From a virus (Duplodnaviria > Caudoviricetes), in the IMG/VR virus record IMGVR_UViG_3300029705_000041: a stretch of 64,000 bases of DNA; one strand, written 5' to 3'. Below, piece after piece: positions 1-7,076 of this stretch. Positions within the stretch are counted from its first letter, which is position 1, and the number at the start of each line of letters is the position of its first letter. The translations under genes were made by a program, and so were the position numbers. The notes below the pieces were generated by a model. It saw nothing but the letters and a program-made list of their open reading frames with translations. It searched no databases and had not been told where the DNA came from.

Positions 1-398
1 TTTGTGGAGATGAAGATTCCGGAATGGATTTGAGCATTTCTGATGCAGGAATGGTAGAGTGTGTAAATTCCCATACCGTGTGTACTTGTCATTTACTACC
101 TAGACCAAATAAGAAAACAATGATTGAAGCTGTTCTGAATAAAAAATGGAATGAATATACAGAAGAAGAATTGCAGAAGATGGATGAAGATGAGTTATTT
201 GATGATGTATTGACAGAAAGTGGAGATTATGAGATTCCGGCATCTATGTGTCCAATTTGCCAATTCCAGGAATATACATATGATGATATGCTTAAATATT
301 TATTAAAGAAATACAACCTTTCTGATAAAGCAGTTCTTGAAGAAATAAAGAGCAAATTCAAGACATATGAAAACTTTTCAAAATTTATTAAAAAATAA
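1..398 (+). CDS. hypothetical phage protein, 5'-truncated
   Basis: Frame open from window start; CxxC motif (CPIC). Confidence 0.6.
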   Translation, partial: CGDEDSGMDLSISDAGMVECVNSHTVCTCHLLPRPNKKTMIEAVLNKKWNEYTEEELQKMDEDELFDDVLTESGDYEIPASMCPICQFQEYTYDDMLKYLLKKYNLSDKAVLEEIKSKFKTYENFSKFIKK

Positions 399-440
399 TT
401 CAGAAAAAGTATTGACAAATAAAATAAAGCGTGATATAAT
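394..440 (+). promoter_or_regulatory. sigma-A promoter with conserved upstream AATAATTCAGAAAAAGTA box
   Basis: TTGACA 412-417, 17-bp spacer, TG-n-TATAAT 435-440; upstream of tRNA cluster. Confidence 0.85.
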
Positions 441-570
441 AAGAATGTAATCAAACAAAGAACATTGAGTAGTGAGTAAAAAGCCATATTGATTATGCTG
501 CAACGTACAAACGCTTATGAGGGTGTAACCCAGAACTGTCCGTACAACAGTAAAGCGTGTAGCAGAGATT

Positions 571-645
571 AGAAGTCTGGTGTAGGTGGAAAGCACGCTG
601 GCTATTGGAGCCGGAGGGTTTAGGTTCAAGTCCTAAAGATTTTGA
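571..645 (+). tRNA. atypical/degenerate tRNA-like gene (loop TATTGGA; Gln-TTG or Pro-derived)
   Basis: D arm GTGT/GCAC, anticodon stem CTGGC/GCCGG, T arm TTAGG-TTCAAGT-CCTAA; weak G-U-rich acceptor, A at position 33, no CCA. Confidence 0.5.
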
Positions 646-797
646 GCAAAAAGAAAATCTCTTAAAAGTATGATATATGAAAAAGTGGTGTAAAAAGAAT
701 AGCAAGTAATTAGAATAGATAATTGTTGGTAACGAATGCGCATCGGAATCCAACCATCACTCCAATAGGTGAGAGACCTATTGCTCAATGTATATAT

Positions 798-873
798 TGT
801 GGTGTAGCCAAGTGGTAAGGCACAGGACTTTGACTCCTGCATTTCGTTGGTTCGAGTCCAACCACCACAGCCA
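798..873 (+). tRNA. tRNA-Gln(TTG)
   Basis: Acceptor TGTGGTG/CACCACA, loop CTTTGAC, TTCGAGT T-loop, encoded CCA. Confidence 0.95.
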
Positions 874-1048
874 AGGAGATACTTGACTTACTATTTTCAA
901 AGCACTCCTTAAAGGTTACGAAAATAGCGTTTTCAATAACGAGATGATTGTGATTTGTTTAGACGTATTTATTTAATATAAAGAAAATCGTGTGAGGGCT
1001 TTCGAGATTTGCGTAGAAAACACATTAAACCGGAAATCTTATAAAAAT

Positions 1049-1125
1049 GGGAGAGTAACGATAATTGGAAATCGCCTGGTCTCCAAAACCATGGTACGTA
1101 GGTTCGATTCCTACTTCTCCCGCCA
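1049..1125 (+). tRNA. tRNA-Trp(CCA)
   Basis: Acceptor GGGAGAG/TTCTCCC, loop CTCCAAA, T arm, CCA. Confidence 0.9.
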
Positions 1126-1128
1126 TAT

Positions 1129-1223
1129 GGAGTTATAATCCTAATTGGTAAGGAAATTGTTTGCTAAACAATTAGTAATCGGTGAAAATCGGTGTTTCGG
1201 TTCGAGTCCGAATAACTCCGCCA
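1129..1223 (+). tRNA. tRNA-Ser(GCT)
   Basis: Acceptor GGAGTTA/TAACTCC, loop TTGCTAA, long variable arm, CCA. Confidence 0.92.
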
Positions 1224-1226
1224 TAT

Positions 1227-1302
1227 GCACCAGTAGTTCAAAGGATAGAATGACCGGCTACGAACTGGTTGGTTGTAGGTTCGATTCCTACCTGGTGTGC
1301 CA
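1227..1302 (+). tRNA. tRNA-Arg(ACG)
   Basis: Acceptor GCACCAG/CTGGTGT, loop CTACGAA, CCA. Confidence 0.93.
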
Positions 1303-1389
1303 TAGCTTATTAGGCTAGAATGCATCATCCTTCTATTAAAATTATAATGGGTATAAAAGTAAGATGCAAAAATTCCCTAAAGTAAGCTA
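1303..1389 (+). ncRNA. scaffold RNA unit 1 (Y-RNA-like candidate)
   Basis: TAGCTTA..TTAGG/CCTAA..TAAGCTA outer stem, TGCATC/GATGCA inner stem, CATCCTTCTA 1326-1335; starts right after tRNA-Arg CCA. Confidence 0.7.
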
Positions 1390-1400
1390 AAAAATTAAAA

Positions 1401-1487
1401 GGTGGCTAATTATAATCATCCTTCTATTTTAAGAGGTTCAATCCCTCTCTCTGAATTGGTTATTTATTAGATTATATAATATCCACC
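1401..1487 (+). ncRNA. scaffold RNA unit 2, carries tRNA T-arm
   Basis: GGTGG/CCACC and TATAATC/GATTATA stems, CATCCTTCTA; cargo AGAGG-TTCAATC-CCTCT plus AATTGGT D-loop-like remnant. Confidence 0.75.
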
Positions 1488-1495
1488 AATCTTAT

Positions 1496-1572
1496 TTAGG
1501 CTATGTGGCAGCTTCCTTCTATAAAAAACATACATGAAGAATATTAAAAGATAAGTTGCCACAATTTCCAAA
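1496..1572 (+). ncRNA. scaffold RNA unit 3
   Basis: GGCT, TGTGGCAGCT/AGTTGCCACA stem, TTCCTTCTA, AATTTCC; ends just before RBS of 1596 gene. Confidence 0.65.
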
Positions 1573-1595
1573 ACAAAGAAAAGGAGTATAAAGAA

Positions 1596-3818
1596 ATGTT
1601 TGAAGTAAATGAAATTTTGCTAAGAAGAAAGAATAAGGTAATTCTTGCTGAAGGTAATCGGGATTATGTAACAACCAAGACAGAAAAAGCAATGGTTGTA
1701 TCTATTGCAAAGAATATCGAGGCATATGGTTTTACTTTTTCGCCCGAAGTTTTAAACATTTTACTTACATTCACAAGAGATGAAATCGAAGCGTTTTATA
1801 AGGAATTAATTCCTAAGTTGAAAAAACTTGTTGGAGCAGATAAAGAGTATTATCCTATGTACCCTAATTTTCCGCAGCAAGTAATGGAAGCATCGGACAT
1901 TGAATTGTTCGTAAATGCAATACTTCATTATTTTACATTTGGTCAGTGGATGCCGGAGTATGAAAAAGATGAACGTTTACCACTGTTTGATAGTAATAAA
2001 ATGACTGTTTTATCTGTAGGAAATGCCTCTGATGTTATGGATATTCTTAGTAATTTGGTAAGCAGTAAAACATCGTTATCAGAACAGGACAAATGTGATG
2101 TTGAAACAATTATCAAAACATATCCTGAATATCACAAATATCTTCCGGATGAAATTCCTCTGAAGGAAAATGTAGCTTTAATAGGAAAGATAATTCTTGA
2201 AGAAGCTCCTATAAAGAAAGCAAGCTATATTCAAAAATATTATAAAACAGCAACAGATGTATTAAGACTTGTTACTTGTTTATCAGATGGAGATATAAGT
2301 TTGGCAACAAGAACAAAGTACAGAAGTTTAAAACGTGCTGAACGAAGAATGATAATGGATTTACTTGCTGGATGTGGTAACATTATCGAAGATTTATTTA
2401 GATACCATTATCAGTGGATTCGTGTCGGAGAAATCATTCATCCTTTTGAATATAAAGCTGCTAAATATAATAGCGTTAATGATGCATTTAAAATTCTTAG
2501 AGAAGATAATAAACCTTTGATGTTTGGTGGAAAGGTGCAAGCTGCAATTTTAGCAAAAGATATGAAAACAGCAGCAACCCTACTTAAAGAACGTCCAGGT
2601 GAATTTGCAAGACAGCTTGATAAAGTTATGAGAGATGCATCGGATAAGAATTATATTTTGAATTGCTTTAAAGCTGTAGCAAATGACATTTCTACTCCGG
2701 TTCTTCTTCAAGTAAGACAACATTTCCAGGGAAGAAATAATCAGAATCCAATCAGAGTATTTTTCCCAAAAGGAAATTTGGCAAGAGCAATAGTTATTCC
2801 AAATGAACTGGTTGAGATTGAAGATAGATATTGTAAGTCAATTGTACAAATCTGTGAAAATGCTCTTTTAGAAAATTATAAGAGTAAGGATTACATGGGT
2901 AAAGTATATATTGACAGTGAATTGAAAAATTATATTGTTCCATTCAATCAGAGAAGTGCAAGTAGTGCAAATAAAATCATAATCAGAGGTAGCCAGGTTC
3001 CTATTAAAGAGGACGCAACCGCTGTAAGAGGATTTATTTGGTGGACAAATATGGATAGCCATAGCTACGGTAGTAGAGTTGATATAGATTTATCTGCTGC
3101 AATTTATGATGAGAATTGGAATTATGTAAGTCATGTTTCTTATACAAATTTGAGAGATAAGAACTTACAAGCATTTCATTCCGGAGATATTACTGATGGT
3201 GGAAATGCTAATGGTAAAGGTGTTGCGGAATTTCTTGATGTAAATATAGATGCCGTAGCGAAAAGAGGAAGATATATTGTATATCAGGTTTATAGCTTTA
3301 CAGGGCAGAAGTTTTCTGATATGCCAAATTGTAGATTTGGTTGGATGGAACGTGAAGATGTTGCATCTGGAGAAATTTTTGAACCAAAAACTGTTGCTAT
3401 GAGTCTTGATGTTACTTCTGAAAGTACCGTGGCAATACCGGTAATATTCGATTGTAAAGAACGTAAGTTCATTTGGTGTGATATGAACCTTGGCATTAAT
3501 GATACAAGTAGAAGATGCAGAGGAAATAACCTGGAAAGTAATTTATCAGGTGTAACTGCAACTTGTTATGCTATGACACATTTAAACAAAGCAAATATTT
3601 ATGATTTGGTTAGATTAAATGTAGAAGCAAGAGGTTTAATTACAACCAATAGAAATGAGGCTGATATTATTTTTAGTAATGATACAACTATACCTGTAGA
3701 GGTAGTAGAAGTTGAAGATGAAATTACAAAAGAAAAGAAATTCGTTCAGCGTGAAAGAAATAATGTTCCGATTATAACTGCATATGATGCAGATTATTAT
3801 ATGGGACAGTTGCTATAA
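1596..3818 (+). CDS. large helical N-terminal region + C-terminal TerD-like domain protein (candidate TROVE/Ro-like RNA-binding protein)
   Basis: RBS AAGGAG; TerD-like motifs DIDLSA, HSGDITD, AEFLDV near C-terminus; TROVE-like assignment is inferred from context. Confidence 0.7.
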   Translation: MFEVNEILLRRKNKVILAEGNRDYVTTKTEKAMVVSIAKNIEAYGFTFSPEVLNILLTFTRDEIEAFYKELIPKLKKLVGADKEYYPMYPNFPQQVMEASDIELFVNAILHYFTFGQWMPEYEKDERLPLFDSNKMTVLSVGNASDVMDILSNLVSSKTSLSEQDKCDVETIIKTYPEYHKYLPDEIPLKENVALIGKIILEEAPIKKASYIQKYYKTATDVLRLVTCLSDGDISLATRTKYRSLKRAERRMIMDLLAGCGNIIEDLFRYHYQWIRVGEIIHPFEYKAAKYNSVNDAFKILREDNKPLMFGGKVQAAILAKDMKTAATLLKERPGEFARQLDKVMRDASDKNYILNCFKAVANDISTPVLLQVRQHFQGRNNQNPIRVFFPKGNLARAIVIPNELVEIEDRYCKSIVQICENALLENYKSKDYMGKVYIDSELKNYIVPFNQRSASSANKIIIRGSQVPIKEDATAVRGFIWWTNMDSHSYGSRVDIDLSAAIYDENWNYVSHVSYTNLRDKNLQAFHSGDITDGGNANGKGVAEFLDVNIDAVAKRGRYIVYQVYSFTGQKFSDMPNCRFGWMEREDVASGEIFEPKTVAMSLDVTSESTVAIPVIFDCKERKFIWCDMNLGINDTSRRCRGNNLESNLSGVTATCYAMTHLNKANIYDLVRLNVEARGLITTNRNEADIIFSNDTTIPVEVVEVEDEITKEKKFVQRERNNVPIITAYDADYYMGQLL

Positions 3819-3825
3819 AATATAT

Positions 3826-3904
3826 TTCGGCTGGGACTACTCATCCTTCTAAATGCTGCGTAGCATCAAACTTTTAATTTGACCAAGAGTAGAAAATATC
3901 CGAA
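3826..3904 (+). ncRNA. scaffold RNA unit 4, carries Lys(UUU) anticodon stem-loop
   Basis: TTCGG/CCGAA, CTACTC/GAGTAG, CATCCTTCTA; cargo TCAAA-CTTTTAA-TTTGA 3866-3882. Confidence 0.75.
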
Positions 3905-3921
3905 TATTAAAAAAATATAAA

Positions 3922-3968
3922 AATAATTCAGAAAAAGTATTGACAAATACAAAAAACTATGCTATAAT
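3922..3968 (+). promoter_or_regulatory. sigma-A promoter with conserved upstream box, upstream of units 5-7
   Basis: TTGACA 3940-3945, 17 bp, TG-c-TATAAT 3963-3968. Confidence 0.85.
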
Positions 3969-3984
3969 GTAATTACAGTAAAAG

Positions 3985-4065
3985 TTCGGCTGATAACACT
4001 CATCCTTCTAAGCCTTGAATAAGGAACATACTGCTAATATGATTAAAGAGTGTGAAATATCCGAA
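3985..4065 (+). ncRNA. scaffold RNA unit 5, carries Ser(GCU)-like anticodon stem-loop
   Basis: TTCGG/CCGAA, CACTC/GAGTG, CATCCTTCTA 4001-4010; cargo CATA-CTGCTAA-TATG 4027-4041. Confidence 0.75.
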
Positions 4066-4080
4066 TATTATAAAACCATA

Positions 4081-4209
4081 ATCGGCTAATAAGTTTCATC
4101 CTTCTACGTATTTTTAATCCTTGTGTTATGGGTTCGAGTCCCATCCATATCGGTGATATGGTAGCTCAACAGGTAGAGCAAAGGCAAGTTGGAAACTTAA
4201 ATATCCGAT
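4081..4209 (+). ncRNA. scaffold RNA unit 6 with circularly permuted tRNA-Lys-like domain (YrlA-like topology)
   Basis: ATCGG/CCGAT, TAAGTTTC/GAAACTTA; order TTTTAA-TCCTT, T arm ATGGG-TTCGAGT-CCCAT, acceptor CCATATC-ggt-GATATGG, D arm GCTC/GAGC, AAGG. Confidence 0.85.
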
Positions 4210-4238
4210 AAAAATAAAGCAGAAAAAGTATTGAACAA

Positions 4239-4382
4239 ATTTCGGCTGTAGGAATTCATCCTTCTAATATACATAATTCCAGGCTGCAAGTGTAGGTTCG
4301 ACTCCTGCTATCGTGCATATGTGCGATATAGCCAAACGGTAAGGCGGCAGCATATAAAAAAAGAATTCAAAATTTCCGAAAT
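4239..4382 (+). ncRNA. scaffold RNA unit 7 with circularly permuted tRNA-Gly-like domain
   Basis: ATTTCGG/CCGAAAT, GAATTC/GAATTC; TTCCAG-GCTGC, T arm GTAGG-TTCGACT-CCTGC, acceptor TATCGTGC-atat-GTGCGATA, D arm GCC/GGC, GCAGC. Confidence 0.85.
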
Positions 4383-4394
4383 GAGGTATAACAA

Positions 4395-5156
4395 ATGGCA
4401 AGAAAAATTAAAAACCAGTCAATTAACAAGACAGAAAAAGTATTTATAGAGAAATTTCAATCTTTATGTTATACAAGAAGTTCTTGGGAGGTTTGGGCTG
4501 ATTTTATAACAGCTACAGCTTGTGCAATCGCAAACTCTATTGACAAAGAATCAGAACAGTTTGAAAAAAGAGAAAAAGAATATGCTCAATGCATTGAAAG
4601 ACTTGGAGGTTTGCAAACTCCGGCAGAAATGCTTGGTATAATTACTATGGCTCTTGAAGAAAATCCGGAACAAGATTTCTTAGGTGGTTTATTTATGAAA
4701 CTTGAATTAGGAAATCATTGGAAAGGACAATTCTTTACACCATATTGTGTATGTAAAACCATGGCTGCTATTAATTCTTATGAGCTTGAAGAAACTATAC
4801 AAAATAAAGGCTGGGTTTCAGTAAATGATTGTGCTTGTGGTGCTGGAGCAACTTTGATAGCAATGGCAAACACCTTAAAAGAACATGAAGTTAATTATCA
4901 AAATCACGCCTTATTCGTGGCACAAGATATAGACAGAGTTGCAGGATTGATGTGTTACATTCAGTTGTCATTACTTGGATGTCCAGGATATGTTGTAATA
5001 GCCGATTCACTTACAAATCCGATTGTTGGAAGTGTTTTAAGACCGGCACAAAAAGAGAATCAAGAATTCTGGTTTACACCAATGTATGCATCAGATGTAT
5101 GGCACTACCGTAGATTATACAACATGATGGATTCAATACTATTTGGAAGGAATTAA
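4395..5156 (+). CDS. N-6 DNA methylase-like protein
   Basis: GQFFTPY and NDCACGAG (SAM-binding) motifs; no NPPY/F seen. Confidence 0.7.
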   Translation: MARKIKNQSINKTEKVFIEKFQSLCYTRSSWEVWADFITATACAIANSIDKESEQFEKREKEYAQCIERLGGLQTPAEMLGIITMALEENPEQDFLGGLFMKLELGNHWKGQFFTPYCVCKTMAAINSYELEETIQNKGWVSVNDCACGAGATLIAMANTLKEHEVNYQNHALFVAQDIDRVAGLMCYIQLSLLGCPGYVVIADSLTNPIVGSVLRPAQKENQEFWFTPMYASDVWHYRRLYNMMDSILFGRN

Positions 5157-5160
5157 CAAG

Positions 5161-5343
5161 ATGAATTATAAATTTATTTGCCCGAAATGTGGTGCTAATA
5201 AAGAAATTCAAATGCCTATTTCAGAATATACCGGAGAAGGTCATATTTGTGAATGTGGAGCTGAATTAAAACGTGACCCTCAATCATTTTGTTGTAGTTA
5301 CGAAGCTAAATGTGATGGGTTTTACGGAAAAACTTCAAAGTGA
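5161..5343 (+). CDS. FmdB-like zinc-ribbon protein
   Basis: YKFICPKCG...CECG. Confidence 0.6.
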   Translation: MNYKFICPKCGANKEIQMPISEYTGEGHICECGAELKRDPQSFCCSYEAKCDGFYGKTSK

Positions 5344-5488
5344 TAAATAACTTAAAACCTTACCGATGTCATATTTTTTTGTTCATGTTTTTGTTTGTTG
5401 TTAATGTTGTCCATTTTTTCTCCGCATCGGTTAAAACGTAAATCTGTAAAGTTTATTCGTTAAAAGGTCTTTACAGTTATATATATAA

Positions 5489-5573
5489 GCGGATATGGCG
5501 GAATTGGCAGACGCACAAGATTTAGGCTCTTGCGCAGCGAAGCGTACAGGTTCGATTCCTGTTATCCGCACCA
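5489..5573 (+). tRNA. tRNA-Leu(TAG)
   Basis: GCGGATA/TATCCGC, loop TTTAGGC, long variable arm, CCA. Confidence 0.93.
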
Positions 5574-5576
5574 TAT

Positions 5577-5652
5577 ACGGATGTAGCTCAATCGGTAGAG
5601 CAGATGACTTTTAATCATCAGGTAGTGAGTTCGAGTCTCATCATCCGTACCA
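5577..5652 (+). tRNA. tRNA-Lys(TTT)
   Basis: ACGGATG/CATCCGT, loop CTTTTAA, CCA. Confidence 0.93.
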
Positions 5653-5821
5653 GATGTCAGGTAGCGCCTGACTGATGTGAGAGTGAGTCGGCAATCCTCA
5701 CAAAGAATGAAAATGGTCACTGAAAATTTATAAAGTTATCAAGAAAGTTATGTTAAATAGAGTGTGGTATAATAAGGGATAATTTTTATAAAACAATCTA
5801 AGTGGCAAACCGACCATATAT

Positions 5822-5908
5822 GCCGCTATGGTGGAATTGGCAGACACAAGGGACTTAAAATCCCTCGGTAGAAATACCGTACCGGTTCGAGTCCGGTTAG
5901 CGGCACCA
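5822..5908 (+). tRNA. tRNA-Leu(TAA)
   Basis: GCCGCTA/TAGCGGC, loop CTTAAAA, CCA. Confidence 0.95.
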
Positions 5909-5912
5909 GAAT

Positions 5913-6404
5913 TGTTGCAGATGCGAATATAGGCGGTACTTAATTCATAGGCATTCAGTGCATATATCGTTAGCACACTCCGTGGGAACTGCTCCTATAG
6001 CTGATGGTTCCTTGCAACATCTACACGAATAAGAAGAAGCAAACTCTCTGCTAATGGTGAAATGATATATCTGTTAGCCGTACTAATACGTATTAGGTAT
6101 TTGTGTAGCGTTATAATCCTACCAACACGTTAGATTGGGGCAAGTATAATAGCGGATTAATATAGATAATGATTTGTAGCATAATGGATTTAGCAATTTA
6201 TTGTATTGGTGGCAAATATTATACATTTGTTGTCGGCTACACGGCGATAATCAATACGATAATGAGCGACAGTTTTTATTACCGGTTAAAGTTTTTGAAT
6301 TTGAGGTGAGGCATAATAATTTTGTGGAGTGGCTATGTAGACCAACTAGCAGTGTCTAAGCATAGAGTAGGATTTGATTGCTTTAGCCGGAATAAAAATT
6401 GCTT
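5913..6404 (+). ncRNA. candidate large structured ncRNA
   Basis: No plausible gene; nested helices such as CAGTTTTTATT-CCGGTTAAAG / CTTTAGCCGG-AATAAAAATTG and TTATTGTATTG/CAATACGATAA. Confidence 0.5.
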
Positions 6405-6408
6405 ATAT

Positions 6409-6485
6409 CTGGATATAGTTCAGTTTGGTAGAATGCGTGCTTTGGGAGCATGAGGTCGCAGGTTCGAGTCCTGTTATCCAGACCA
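6409..6485 (+). tRNA. tRNA-Pro(TGG)
   Basis: CTGGATA/TATCCAG, loop TTTGGGA, CCA. Confidence 0.93.
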
Positions 6486-6674
6486 AGCCATTTGAGATTG
6501 TACTTCATCCTCTTAGTGCAATCAAGGCGAATAGAGGTAGACACCTGGGAGAGACTGGCGATAAGATTAAAGTTAGAATCTATAAAAGTTATTGGTATTT
6601 AGTATTGCAGTCGAGAGCAACCAAATATTAGAGATACTGTGCTGAACCAATATTATTTATCAATAACTACAAAT

Positions 6675-6748
6675 GCGGATATAGTTTAATGGCAAAACAC
6701 CTGATTTCCAATCAGAAGTTGAGGGTTCAATTCCCTTTATCCGCTCCA
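6675..6748 (+). tRNA. tRNA-Gly(TCC)
   Basis: GCGGATA/TATCCGC, loop TTTCCAA, discriminator T, CCA. Confidence 0.93.
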
Positions 6749-6930
6749 TTTTCCTTATATGTTTAAATATCAAAACTTAATCGACATATGAAAAAACTTT
6801 AGGCAAGGTTTGAGGTAGATAAAAATAATGACCTGTAAGTATAATTATTTTCCTATGCCTTGATTATTCAAAGTATTATTTAACCGACAAGGTATAAAGG
6901 TTTTATAGAATAATCAAACACGTGTCATAT

Positions 6931-7014
6931 GCTGATGTGTCGGAACTGGCAGACGAATTGGATTCAAAATCCAACGGTTTAACCGTGTGGGTTCAAGTCC
7001 CACCATCAGTACCA
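6931..7014 (+). tRNA. tRNA-Leu(CAA)
   Basis: GCTGATG/CATCAGT, loop TTCAAAA, CCA. Confidence 0.93.
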
Positions 7015-7076
7015 TGAAATTATTGTACAATATTTTAAATGTTAAAGAAATGAGAATTTTTTGGAGGAAGAATAAC

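Noticed and set aside
4105-4352. Ordinary tRNA genes at 4.1-4.35 kb
   Set aside because: The T arm precedes the D arm, the acceptor stem is loop-closed and there is no CCA.
1303-4382. CRISPR array or simple terminators as explanation of the CATCCTTCTA repeats
   Set aside because: The conserved part is only about 10 nt plus short flanks, the stems covary instead of repeating, spacing is irregular, there are no U-tracts and no cas operon.
6505-6514. TCATCCTCTT as an eighth scaffold unit
   Set aside because: Imperfect motif in a hairpin loop, lacking the GGCT and AAT(A/T)TCC flanks.
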